Shown here: positions 12,830 through 23,605 of the stretch, in pieces
How the letters are laid out: every line of letters begins with the position of its first letter
How positions within the stretch are numbered: the stretch's first letter is position 1
Origin: Macrostomum lignano
Lineage: Eukaryota
Length of the DNA: 64,000 nt
Direction of reading: 5' to 3'
Assembly (NCBI GenBank): GCA_002269645.1
Contig: NIVC01000023.1
Coordinates: forward strand, 1,364,001 to 1,428,000
The notes under the pieces: generated by a model
What the model was told of the DNA's origin: nothing
Database searches by the model: none
The model's input: the letters and a program-made list of their open reading frames with translations, nothing else
Program-made: the position numbers and the translations under genes

Positions 12830-14330
12830 TTGAGAGTGGAGAGAAGGAATAGACTATTCAAAAAGAGAGGAGAGGTGAGAGAGGGAATAAGAGAAAAGAT
12901 AAAAGATAATCGGAGAGATGAGGGAGTGAGGACGATGAGAGGAGAGAGGAGAGAGTAGAGGAGCGAGTAGAGAGTAGAGAGTAGAGTAGCGAGTGGAGAG
13001 GAGAGAGTAGAGGAGAGAGGAGAGAGTAGAGGAGCGAGTAGAGAGTAGAGAGTAGAGTAGCGAGTGGAGAGGAGAGAGTAGAGGAGCGAGTAGAGAGGAG
13101 AGAGCAGAGAGCTGCAGATGAGAGGAGAGCAGAGAGAAGAGCAGAGAGGAGTTAGTAAAGAGGAGAAAGGAGAGATGAGAGAGTAAATGGAAGAGAGAAG
13201 AGATAAGGTTGTACAGATGAGAGAGGTGTAAGGAGAGATGAGAGATGAGAGATAAAGGAGGAGAGTGGAGAGAGAAGAGACGAGACAAGAGAGGGAGAGA
13301 GTATATAGAAGAGGGAAGAGAAGAGAAGAGAAGAAAGGAGAAAGGAAAGTGAGGAGACAAAAGAGGTGAAATAAAAGAGTACAGAGGACAGAATGAGAGA
13401 ACATATAAGGCAGTAAAGATGACAGATGAAAGAGGCGGGATGAGCTGAGAGCATAGACGAAAATGAACAGACGAGAGATGGGAGAGTAGAGAGAACAGAG
13501 GAGAGATAAGAGAGAAGAGATTACAGGGACGAGAGGAGAGACAAAGGGAGAGAGAAGTGAGTGAGGCGAGAGGAGAGAAAAGAGGAGAATGGAGGGGAGA
13601 GAGTAGAGAGAAGAAAGATGGGAGAGGAGAGATAAGAGAGAGGGGGGAAGCAGAGAGAGAGGGGGGAAGCAGAGAGAGAAAGGGGAGAAGCAGAGAGAGA
13701 GGGGGGAAGCAGAGAGAGAGAGGGGAGAAGCAGAGAGAGAGGGGAGAAGCAGAGAGAGAGGGGAGAAGCAGAGAGAGAGGGGAGAAGCAGAGAGAGGGGG
13801 GGAAGCAGAGAGAGAGAGGGGGGAAGCAGAGAGAGAGAGGGGGAAGCAGAGAGAGAGGGGGAAGCAGAGAGAGAGGGGGAAGCAGAGAGAGAGGGGGGAA
13901 GCAGAGAGAGAGGGGGAAGCAGAGAGAGAGGGGGAAGCAGAGAGAGAGGGGGGAAGCAGAGAGAGAGGGGGGAAGCAGAGAGAGAGGGGGGAAGCAGAGA
14001 GAGAGGGGGGAAGCAGAGAGAGAGGGGGGAAGCAGAGAGAAATGAAAAGGGATAAAAGAGAAGAGAGAGAGAGAAGAGAAAGGAGAGATCAGAGAGCTAA
14101 TAAAGACGCGAGAGAAGATAGGTGAAGAAAAAGACGAGAGAAGAGTGGGAGGAGAGGAAAGGGAAAAGAAAAGAAAAGAGATGAGATAAGAGAGATGAAA
14201 AAGAAGAGAAATGGGGGAAGATACGAGAGAAGAGGGGAGAGAGGAAAGAGGAAAAAGAGAAGAGAGGAGAGAGAGAGAGAGGAGAGACGAGAGAGAAGAG
14301 AGGAAACAGAAGAGAAGATAGAAATTTCAA
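12830..14330. repeat. GA-rich low-complexity tract and minisatellite (GGGGAAGCAGAGAGAGA units ~13645-14040)
   Basis: Near-pure polypurine sequence, which accounts for the Leu/Ser and Arg/Glu/Gly pseudo-ORFs. Confidence 0.95.
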
Positions 14331-16924
14331 AGGATCCAAGGGACGTAGGGAGAGTCAGAGGCAGAGGCCAGAGTTTGCCAATACATGATTTAGAGTCAGA
14401 CAGACATTAACTGCCTAAAAAGCACCCCAGCCAACAAGATCAATGTTTGCCTCAAATTCTAATTTTACACGAATGTACTCCATTTGATGTCTATCTCTAT
14501 CCTACTAACTATTAACAAGTTTTTGTTTGAGTATGGCCTCAGATTTCAGAATACATGGAAAAATAGTTCCGGGATTGGAATTCCCCAGGTTCAAAATCCG
14601 CGGGTTTCAACAGCTTGTCTAGATATAAAATTGCCTTTGAGAACTCCTTTAGTTATTTATTGCTATAGGTTTAGATTTATCTTGTATATTAGTTTTCTAT
14701 GTTTTCAATGGAAAGTATGCATTAGCATGTTTATGCATATATTTTGTATTGTTTTGTCTTGCCTTAGACTTCCTTGATAGCTATTTTATATTACATTGTT
14801 GGACTTATTGCAAGCAATGGCCATTATTGCAGATAGTGTCTTGTATAGATTGGCCTCTAGCAAGTAGCAATGTAAGCATTGTCTGGCATGGTCTAGCAGG
14901 GGAAAGAAGAGCATCTGGTGTGGTTTAGATTTTTGCTACAATATGGATTGTTGGTTTGTTGGGACTATCAAAAGCCTTTTTATAGTCTACTTAGTCTATT
15001 ATAAAAGTTGCAAGAAAAACTATTTAAAGTTTTTAAACTTTAATGTCTCTATTATGGTTGCTTGCCTCTTTGTTTGATGCTTAGTAGTTAAAAAAAGGCA
15101 ACAAAAAGTAAATTTAATTCATATTCTATGAATAGTTTTCTAGCCAATAGGCTTGAGTCCATTGGCAATAAATTAGCATTTCATCATATAAAGCAAATTT
15201 AGAATATGCTTGTACTAATATTTGGATATTCCTAAATTTAGAATATTATAGTCTTAAAAGTTGATATATCAATGTCAAGCATCTATTTTAAGTCTAAAAA
15301 TAGCAAAATAAATTTAGCAAAGAACTTTCTTATCTTAAATTTTTGCCTATGATTGTTTTCACCTATTAAAAATTTATGTTCCAATAGCTATTAGATTTAA
15401 AGAATTGCCATTGCATTTTACCCATTGTTTTTTCAAAAATTCTAGTTTAGCAAAAAGTAGCCCAGTAGCATCTTATACTTGATTGGATTGATACTTCATA
15501 GATATTTTTAAGTAGTAAATTTTTTTTGGCCTTTGCAACCTTGCAGTTAAAAGTTGAAAAAAGGAATAAAATACAAATGTTTAACAGTGGCTTGTGTAAC
15601 ACACTCTTAAAGGACTGCAACAACTGATAGTTCCCTATTGAAACTTTTTTCACAAGTCAAAATGCTACTTGAAAGAATTTATTATGTTCTGAACTATCTT
15701 TATCTCTTTGTTAGCAATAAGAATAATTGCAACAACTTGGCTAGGGTCATTGCCATTGATAATCACTAGCAAGAACAAAAGCATGCTACATTTATTTACT
15801 TTCTAACTTGTATCAAATAAGTGCACAGTCTGTAGGCAGGCTAAATGCTTGTTTTATTTGGGGCAACTAAAATTAGTAATGTAATTCTGTTGTAAACATT
15901 TGAAGCTTAATTATAGATGCTATAATGTTTCTTGTCTACCTAAAGACTAAGAATAAAACCTTGATAATATTATTTAGAATTCCAAAGATCTACATGATAT
16001 TTCTAGATGTTCTAGGCTATGACTACTTTGCCTATAGCTTTTATCAGACGGTATTTTATTCGAGGTAGGTTAGCCTCTTCTTTTGTATCATCAAGAAGCT
16101 ATTTTGTGATTGTAATTACCATGAATCTTTTTAACTACACAAAGTCAATAGTAAAAAATACACTGTGGTATGCAATTGAATCAATGAAAAGTTAGGTAAA
16201 TCCTTATAGTGTATTTTCTAAAAAACTGACTATTTTTTAGACAAAAATGAGTAATGACGCAACATAAGTAGCCTTGATAATATTGTGTCCAAAAGCTCCA
16301 CTTGGACAGAAACTTGACCCTCTTGTGATATGCAACAGTTTTGGGGTTTGTTCCTTCAATTGCCTCTCTAAGCATAGGCTTGTGTTCATCTCTGATGTAA
16401 GTTTAGTTTTTACTCTTGAATCTAATCAGAGATTACAGTGAGGCAGTCAGACAAAGGCAGCACTTTGTCTCAAAGGTCAGAGCAGTATATTTTAGATTAC
16501 AAAGCTGTAAGTCCAGTTTAAAACCAAAAATTAGGTTTTTAACTTAAAAAAACTGGTTAAAGTCAAACGTGCAACCTTCATTTTTGACACCCCTGCTAAT
16601 GGTATAAAACCTACTAATTACTCTATTAGCACTTAAAGCATCACTAAGAAACTAGTGAGTTAAAAAATAAGTGTCAATAGTAATGCTATCATCTAGCACA
16701 AACCAAGCATTTTAGTTACCTGGTTGGTAAATTTTGTCTGATTTTGGTCATGTCTTGGTCTAGTAAAGACAAAAAGAGGATAACACATAACACATTTATC
16801 TTATAACATTTCAAAAATGATTATTCAGTTACAAAAGTAGTTTTGCATGTTTTACAACAGCTACAGTTTTTGTTATTTCCTAAAAATTGCAGCTATAAAA
16901 TTTACTAAGTAATAAAAAACAATA

Positions 16925-17105
16925 ATGGACGAAATTAATCAACTAACTGATGCGGAACTACGCGATGACCTTGCTGTACACATGGGCGACGCAAATGTGC
17001 CCCAGTTACTGACACTACTAGGCACTTGATGCGTCGTAAATTATATAGACTGCGCTCTGGACAACAGTTTGTGTCTGTGTGCAGCACCGACCAAGCTGAA
17101 GATAG
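16925..17105 (+). CDS. LEM-domain inner nuclear membrane protein (emerin/LAP2-like), exon 1 (LEM domain), with apparent 1-nt deletion at C-run 17000-17003
   Basis: MDEINQLTDAELRDDLAVHMGDANVP then, after a frame change, PVTDTTRHLMRRKLYRL matches the LEM motif (L+D.EL...L..........P+T.TTR.+..+KL..L). Donor AG|GTAAG at 17106. Missed by the ORF track. Confidence 0.85.
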
Positions 17106-17171
17106 GTAAGTGTTCTTTTATTTACAAATCAAGGATTTGATTCTTTTTGTGCAAAAAATCTGCTCTCAAAA

Positions 17172-17258
17172 ATGATGACAAAATAGATGACGAGTATGAT
17201 TGGCATAGCAAATAAATCTATGCTTTTTAATGTGAATTTTTATAAGGCATTTGTCTGA
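17172..17258 (+). ncRNA. SNORD15: Box C/D snoRNA, U15/SNORD15 family (LEM intron copy 1)
   Basis: Box C ATGATGA, D' guide TAGATGACGAG, internal stem GCATAG/CTATGC, D guide AGGCATTTG plus CTGA, terminal AAAA/TTTT. Confidence 0.85.
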
Positions 17259-17379
17259 TTTTGAGACAGAATTTAAACTAGTAATTATAGTAAGGTTGTC
17301 TTTATCCCATGAATTAAGTCTTAGTCCTAGTCTTAGTCCGCTTAGTTGCCATGCAGCTTAATATGCTGGATAATCACTC

Positions 17380-17540
17380 AGATTTGATCCCTTGACCAAT
17401 GGGTGCTAGTTGCCATGCAATCAGATAAACACGGCACCAGATTTGATCCCTTGACCAATGGGTGCTAGTTGCCATGCAATCAGATAAGCACACGGCACCA
17501 GATTTGATCCCTTGACCAATGGGTGCTAGTTGCCATGCAG
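17380..17540 (+). repeat. Short run of the 61-bp repeat upstream of the snoRNA module
   Basis: Three CAGATTTGATCCCTTGACCAATGGGTGCTAGTTGCCATGCA cores, the same family as 22297-23605. Confidence 0.9.
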
Positions 17541-17543
17541 TTA

Positions 17544-17670
17544 GTTGTCAATCCCGGTCAAGTTTAATACTGGTGCCAGAGCAACCCAGCTGGCAACAGC
17601 ACACCGCTGCAGCTGTCGCTGACTTCAGAGCGTCCTGGCTGCTGGTGGATGTTAATTCCGGCTTACAGAT
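17544..17670 (+). other. Conserved 127-nt GC-richer structured leader preceding snoRNA subtype a (candidate ncRNA or processing element)
   Basis: Two hairpins (GTTGTCA/TGGCAAC; CACC..GCAGC/GCTGC.GGTG), ending ACAGAT. 10 copies in the window, always at the module head. Function unknown. Confidence 0.4.
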
Positions 17671-17716
17671 AGCTTTATTGCTCAATGCACATTGTTAGTG
17701 ACTGTGCGGACTCGCT

Positions 17717-17801
17717 GTGATGACAATAGATGACGAGATTGACAGGTGCAAACTCGAGTAGTTTGTGCCAATTAGTGAAATTTAATGAGGCATTTGTCTG
17801 A
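17717..17801 (+). ncRNA. SNORD15: U15-family C/D snoRNA, subtype a (LEM intron copy 2)
   Basis: GTGATGA...TAGATGACGAG-A-TTGA...GGTGCAAACT/AGTTTGTGCC stem...GAGGCATTTGTCTGA. Confidence 0.9.
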
Positions 17802-17887
17802 GCCCTGAGTCCTGAGTATATATCTTAGATTTATATGATTTATGAGCTTATCAAGTACATAGAGTACTTTGGGTCATTGTGTTAGCA

Positions 17888-17967
17888 GTGATGACAATTT
17901 AGATGACGAACTGACAGACATAAATAATCAGTGTCTGCTCTGTGATCTTAATGAGGCATTTGTCTGA
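17888..17967 (+). ncRNA. SNORD15: U15-family C/D snoRNA, subtype b (LEM intron copy 3)
   Basis: GTGATGA...TTAGATGACGAA-CTGA...CAGACA/TGTCTG stem...GAGGCATTTGTCTGA. Confidence 0.9.
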
Positions 17968-18024
17968 GAACAAGACCCTATTGCATAGTGTTTATGAGTT
18001 TAGTCAGTTTTTATCAACTCGCTA

Positions 18025-18108
18025 ATGATGACAGAATAGATGACGAGATTGACAGGTGCAAATGATCAGTTTGTGCCAGTTATGAAATTCAAAGAGGCAT
18101 TTGTCTGA
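18025..18108 (+). ncRNA. SNORD15: U15-family C/D snoRNA, subtype c (LEM intron copy 4)
   Basis: ATGATGA...TAGATGACGAG-A-TTGA...GAGGCATTTGTCTGA with a perfect 8-bp terminal stem ACTCGCTA/TAGCGAGT. Confidence 0.92.
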
Positions 18109-18158
18109 TAGCGAGTGTCGCGATTTTTTTATGTTTGATAATAATAGCCTAAACTACA

Positions 18159-18238
18159 ATGATGACAATTTAGATGACGAGCTGATACAGGCATAACTTG
18201 TGCCTTTATAAAGTGATCTTAATGAGGCATTTGTCTGA
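18159..18238 (+). ncRNA. SNORD15: U15-family C/D snoRNA, b-like (LEM intron copy 5)
   Basis: ATGATGA...TTAGATGACGAG-CTGA...AGGCA/TGCCT stem...GAGGCATTTGTCTGA. Confidence 0.9.
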
Positions 18239-18338
18239 GTCCAAAAGCTTAATTTATTGTATATCCTATGGATTTTAATTCCATTATTGATCTATTATGG
18301 AGAGTTGTAAATATAAATAATACTTATTGTATTTTTAG

Positions 18339-18386
18339 CGAAAGCGATGTCAGTGACGGAGACGGCGCCAGAAGACAGCCAGTAAG
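18339..18386 (+). CDS. LEM-domain protein, exon 2 (48-nt symmetric phase 2-2 exon)
   Basis: Acceptor TTGTATTTTTAG, donor AG|GTAATA. Encodes (S)ESDVSDGDGARRQPV, an acidic Ser-rich linker in frame with exons 1 and 3. Confidence 0.65.
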
Positions 18387-19029
18387 GTAATAAATCGTTT
18401 GTTTTATTGAACTCAACTTTTCTACTTGCGATGTGTGAAACTCATAATATATAAGAAATTGGTTGGTGTCTTTGAGTAGAATATTTTGCACTTTTCTCAT
18501 CTTAATTATCAGATTGAACGTAAAGAATCTGATTGAACAACCACACAGGCCATCTAATTTAAAGTACGACTTGTCGATCAACATTACTATTTGTGACTGC
18601 TGTGTTCCTGTCACTATAGCTATTTGGTATGAAAATTCTAGTTGATAATATGTATATGTATAAGTTTTTTTCGGTGCTGGAATAAAAATGTTATTTATGA
18701 ACATATTCAGTTTTGGCTATTTGTTTGAGTTTACAACAGGTAACTTTTTGAGATTCTTAATGTTATGTCTTGAAGAAGCCACACACGATGATTGTAGCGA
18801 TGGTATGCGAGTCTGGCTCGTCTTAAATATGATCAGCTCTGATCTTTTTCGTTTATTATCCCCAAGCTCATCGACTTGGATTGCTTCACGACCTGTAGCC
18901 ATAGCTTTTCATTAGAGTCTATGGCTCGACATGGCTATTCGTACGTAGCAATAATAATAAATAAAACTCTGCCTTTATACTTAAGGCTAGTATGCAACAC
19001 TTAACAAGTATTTAAAGATATAACTTTTT

Positions 19030-19300
19030 CTGTTTGTGTACAATGGACTATAGAGTATGTCAGTGTACATTGGACTATTGAGTCTTTGTGAGTGTACATT
19101 CTGCCATTGATTCTTTGTCAGTGTATATTGGGCCATTGAGTGTTAGTCAGTGTACATTGGGCCATTGAGTGTTAGTCAGTGTACATTGGACCATTGAGTC
19201 TTTGTCAGTGTACGTTGGGCGATTCAGACTTTTTCTATGTACATTTACAAACAAATCTTTGTCAGTGTACTTTAGCTAACAAGTACTTGTCAGTGTAAAT
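19030..19300 (+). repeat. 29-bp minisatellite in LEM intron 2
   Basis: GTCAGTGTACATTGGGCCATTGAGTGTTA units (e.g. 19141, 19170). Confidence 0.9.
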
Positions 19301-19335
19301 TCGCCCAACAAGTCTTTCCCATTGTTTATTCGCAG

Positions 19336-19729
19336 TCCGGGCACTCGCGACACTTCGATGTTCTCCGCCGCAGGCGCAGCCGCCGCTGCCGCATCCAGCC
19401 CAGCAGGTCGCAGGTTCGATTCCACTCCGCAACGTCCCGGAGCTTCACCAGCCGACGATGGCAGCTTCGGCAGCGGTGGCGGTTCAGTTTTCCGCGAAAC
19501 CTATCGCCGACGCCCGTTGCACGAGAATGACGCCGGAACTGGTTACTATGGTAACGTGGGCTCGCCGTCTGGCGCTCGTCCGACCCCAGGAGCCGCCGCA
19601 GCTCCCAGTCGGTTTCGTCCGTCTCTGCTCAACTGCATCCTAGCCCTGGCTCTGATTGGCGCTGTAGCTTTTCTCCTGCTTCATTTTGATCCTCTGTACG
19701 AAAATCCGGTGCCAGAGATCTCTCATTGA
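19336..19729 (+). CDS. LEM-domain protein, exon 3 (low-complexity region plus C-terminal transmembrane helix)
   Basis: Acceptor TTTATTCGCAG, phase 2 compatible. LLNCILALALIGAVAFLLLHF is a TM helix followed by a short lumenal tail. Restored protein is ~207 aa. Confidence 0.85.
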
Positions 19730-19849
19730 ATGCGGAGATTGCATCGCAGTCTATCTGATCATGTTCGTTGTGTCCGTTTTTTATTGACCTGACTTAACTG
19801 CGCGAACTTTAAATTCCCCTGGTTCCCGGTGCACTTCTTTGAATATAAC

Positions 19850-19990
19850 TTGGGTCTTTGTGTTGAGTAGGGTGGGGTCTTTGTGTTAAATAGGGTCTTT
19901 GTGTTGGAAAAGGTCTTTGTGTTGGAAAAGGTCTTTGTGTTGGAAAAGGTCTTTGTGTTGGAATATAGTCTTTGTGTTGAATATAGTCTG
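19850..19990 (+). repeat. 18-bp minisatellite (GGTCTTTGTGTTGGAAAA) in LEM 3' UTR
   Basis: Visible tandem copies. Confidence 0.85.
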
Positions 19991-20529
19991 TGATTTATTC
20001 AGTTATAATATAAATAGGACTATACATGTAAGTTCTATTATTGTAAAAGTGTGTCGTATGGAAGTAAGGCAGTAATTTCTTTTTAGTAACCAGTTGCTGT
20101 ATTCACATTTATTTATAATAAAACCGTCAATTTTTTTCAAACATTACTTTGCAAAGTTTTTTAAATAAAGATTTATGTAAACAAACTGCACCTTTTTGTA
20201 CCTCTGCCACTCACTTGTTCAATTTATTAAATATTCTTATCCAGTAGGTGTTTCTGCTTACCGCATTTTATAACTCTCTAGCCGGGTGCAACTTCGCTGT
20301 CCCAGTTTATATTGCTTGCATACTTTAAATCAATTAGTAATGCTCGTACTACTAATAGTAACAAGTAGTACTTAGAGTATTTTTGTACTAAAGTGATCCG
20401 AATTTACGTATATTAAAACTTTTGCCTTGCGCCATTTTGTAATAGTTATTATGCAATCTGATACAAATTAGTTAAAATCCATTTAGAGTCTACTATAACG
20501 TCTTTGAACGGTAAAACAAATTGTATTTC

Positions 20530-20995
20530 TTCCAGATCCTCAGTTGCTGGGCCAGCCTCCCCGAGTGTCAGTTGCTGGGCCAGCCTCCCAGAGTGTCAGT
20601 TGCTGGGCCAGCCTCCCAGAGTGTCAGTTGCTTGGCCAGCCTCTCAGATCCTGAGTTGCTGGGCCAGCCTCTCAGATCTTCAGTTGCTGGGCCAGCCTCT
20701 CAGATCTTCAGTTGCTGGGCTAGCCTCCCAGATCCTCAGTTGCTGGGCAGCCTCCCAGATCCTCAGTTGCTGGGCCAGCCTCTCAGATTCTCTGTTGCTG
20801 GGCCGACCTCCCAGTTTGTCAGTTGCTGGGCCAGCCTCCCAGATCCTCAGTTGCTGGGCCAGCCTCCCAGATCCTCAGTTGCTGGGCCAGCCTCCCAGAT
20901 TCTCAGTTGCTGGGCCAGCCTCCCAGATCCTCAGTTGCTGGGCCAGCCTCCCAGATCCTCAGTTGCTGGACCAGCCTCCCAGATCCTCAGTGTTG
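20530..20995 (+). repeat. 28-bp minisatellite (CAGCCTCCCAGATCCTCAGTTGCTGGGC)
   Basis: The same family recurs at 50160-50720 and 55075-55430. It accounts for the WASLPDPQLLGQPPR pseudo-ORFs. Confidence 0.95.
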
Positions 20996-21492
20996 CAAAA
21001 ATTATTATGAATCAATGATTATAGTTTTCAAGGTTTATTTTCTCTTACTCAAGCGACTTTTTTAACGACTTGTTAATATTTTCCTATTATGAATAAATAT
21101 AAAATACCATTTGTATCGGGTAAAAGAACATTTGCCGCCTTTTTAATATCATATCGTTCAAATGGTGGTTTGCTTGATTTACTAATGATTTCGGTTTTAG
21201 TATAGCACAGATAATGTTTTTTTGGGTTTACATTTAAATTGTAAAATTGAGTGTTAGGTGTCAGTGAGTGCCTTAAAAACGTGTCAGGTGTCAGTAATAA
21301 AAAAAATATCTCATTAGCTTTTAGTATTAGATGTCTGTAATATTGATAAATTATTTAGTTAGTTATTCGTCTGTAAAATGATAATTTCTGAACTATCAAT
21401 TACTTTTTATACTTTGACATTTCAGAATATCTTCGAGCTACATTCCATCTAGAGTGCTTTTTGCATGCACGCATCGTAATACATAAGGAGAC

Positions 21493-22187
21493 ATGCTGCC
21501 AAATTCAAATGCCAATCGTCTTTCCCGTTTCCATGGCAACCGATGGCTTATAATGCTGACAATTATGTTGTTGCGGCTATCCCAGCTGGCGTTATTATTA
21601 GCTGAAAATGTTACAACTCAGCCAAGATTCGCAATCAGTAACCTTGAAGGTGTTAATGTTTATCGGTTATCAAGCAGCGATGATAGCGCTGATCAGGTGT
21701 CAGTCAAACCAATGCTGATATTAACCTACGCAGCGACTAGTCAAGCTGCTGCTAGTTCAGTTGCTAAGCAACTGATGCTACTAAAAGACTTTGTTAATTT
21801 GCCATCTTCAACCTCGACAAGGAGTAAAATTGTTGCAGAATTTCTACTACCAACTAGGAGCAACAATACAAACGTTTTAAAAGCATTGCGTCAATTAGAC
21901 TTGGTCGGTTATGAATCCATAACTAAGAAGCGAATATGTCAAATTCTTGCCTGCGAAAAAGATTTAAGCGGACAGCCTGAGTTAGTTGAACAGTTGGTTA
22001 ACAATCTGGCTGACAATGGCTGCAAGGTTAAATCCATTATTACCATAGACAATTGCTATCGAAGCGGCGCGTTGAAAGCGAGGCATCGGGCGTTTAATTT
22101 GACTAATCACTTGCAATGGCAGTTTATCAACTCGGGAGGCCTGGCTGATGACCATGAATACAGACTCAGATTGCGTCGAGACGTCAG
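21493..22187 (+). CDS. CPD: Carboxypeptidase D, coding exon 1 (signal peptide plus degenerate CP-like segment)
   Basis: Hydrophobic N-terminus (RWLIMLTIMLLRLSQLALLLA). Donor AG|GTGAG at 22188 is phase 2 and joins exon 2 as DVR-HHNY. Upstream acceptor TTTCAG at 21425. Confidence 0.75.
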
Positions 22188-22296
22188 GTGAGCGAAGCTG
22201 CACAACTGAAGTTGTTTTTGTTCCCCCATTGGAAATAAAGTTTGTCTTTTCTTAATATAATGTCAAATGTCAAAGATAAGCTGGACTGATGGACTA

Positions 22297-23605
22297 TTGA
22301 CCAATAGGTGCTAGTTGCCATGCAATCAGATAAGCACACGGCACCAGATTTGATCCCTTGACCAATGGGTGCTAGTTGCCATGCAATCAGATAAGCACAC
22401 GGCACCAGATTTGATCCCTTGACCAATGGGTGCTAGTTGCCATGCAATCAGATAAGCACACGGCACCAGATTTGATCCCTTGACCAATGGGTGCTAGTTG
22501 CCATGCAATCAGATAAGCACACGGCACCAGATTTGATCCCTTGACCAATGGGTGCTAGTTGCCATGCAATCAGATAAGCACACGGCACCAGATTTGATCC
22601 CTTGACCAATGGGTGCTAGTTGCCATGCAATCAGATAAGCACACGGCACCAGATTTGATCCCTTGACCAATGGGTGCTAGTTGCCATGCAATCAGATAAG
22701 CACACGGCACCAGATTTGATCCCTTGACCAATGGGTGCTAGTTGCCATGCAATTAAATGAGCACACGGCACCAGATTTGATCCCTTGACCAATGGGTGCT
22801 AGTTGCCATGCAATTAAATGAGCACACGGCACCAGATTTGATCCCTTGATCAATGGGTGCTAGTTGCCATGCAATTAAATGAGCACACGGCACCAGATTT
22901 GATCCCTTGATCAATGGGTGCTAGTTGCCATGCAATTAAATGAGCACACGGCACCAGATTTGATCCCTTGACCAATGGGTGCTAGTTGCCATGCAATTAA
23001 ATGAGCACACGGCACCAGATTTGATCCCTTGACCAATGGGTGCTAGTTGCCATGCAATTAAATGAGCACACGGCACCAGATTTGATCCCTTGACCAATGG
23101 GTGCTAGTTGCCATGCAATTAAATGAGCACACGGCACCAGATTTGATCCCTTGACCAATGGGTGCTAGTTGCCATGCAATTAAATGAGCACACGGCACCA
23201 GATTTGATCCCTTGACCAATGGGTGCTAGTTGCCATGCAATTAAATGAGCACACGGCATCAGATTTGATCCCTTGACCAATGGGTGCTAGTTGCCATGCA
23301 ATCAGATAAGCACACGGCACCAGATTTGATCCCTTGACCAATGGGTGCTAGTTGCCATGCAATTAAATGAGCACACGGCACCAGATTTGATCCCTTGATC
23401 AATGGGTGCTAGTTGCCATGCAATCAGATAAGCACACGGCACCAGATTTGATCCCTTGACCAATGGGTGCTAGTTGCCATGCAATTAAATGAGCACACGG
23501 CACCAGATTTGATCCCTTGACCAATGGGTGCTAGTTGCCATGCAATTAAATGAGCACACGGCACCAGATTTGATCCCTTGACCAATGGGTGCTAGTTGCC
23601 ATGCA
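22297..23605 (+). repeat. 61-bp tandem array, 21 full units, two interspersed variants
   Basis: GCACACGGCA recurs every 61 bp from 22334 to 23554. Variants CAATCAGATAA (A) and CAATTAAATGA (B). No spacers. Confidence 0.97.

Noticed and set aside
12386-14385. 17-bp inverted repeat TGTATTGGCAAACTCTG / CAGAGTTTGCCAATACA flanking the GA tract as a single TIR element
   Set aside because: The motif looks more like outward-facing ends of two separate elements, and there is no convincing TSD.
12739-14410. Long Leu/Ser-rich and Arg/Glu-rich ORFs (also 45438-46287, 59197-59865, 60664-61247)
   Set aside because: They are stop-free readings of simple repeats and minisatellites.
17544-17670. Firm H/ACA snoRNA call
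   Set aside because: The H-box candidate ACAGCA overlaps the stem, the ACA lies ~17 nt from the second hairpin, and no rRNA pocket match could be established; kept only as a candidate.
18717-18902. 61-aa minus-strand ORF with RKRSELI, reminiscent of a PLE endonuclease tail
   Set aside because: A single short motif match with no other PLE features nearby.
22297-23605. CRISPR-like array
   Set aside because: Units are contiguous 61-bp repeats with no unique spacers, no cas genes, and the context is a eukaryotic intron.
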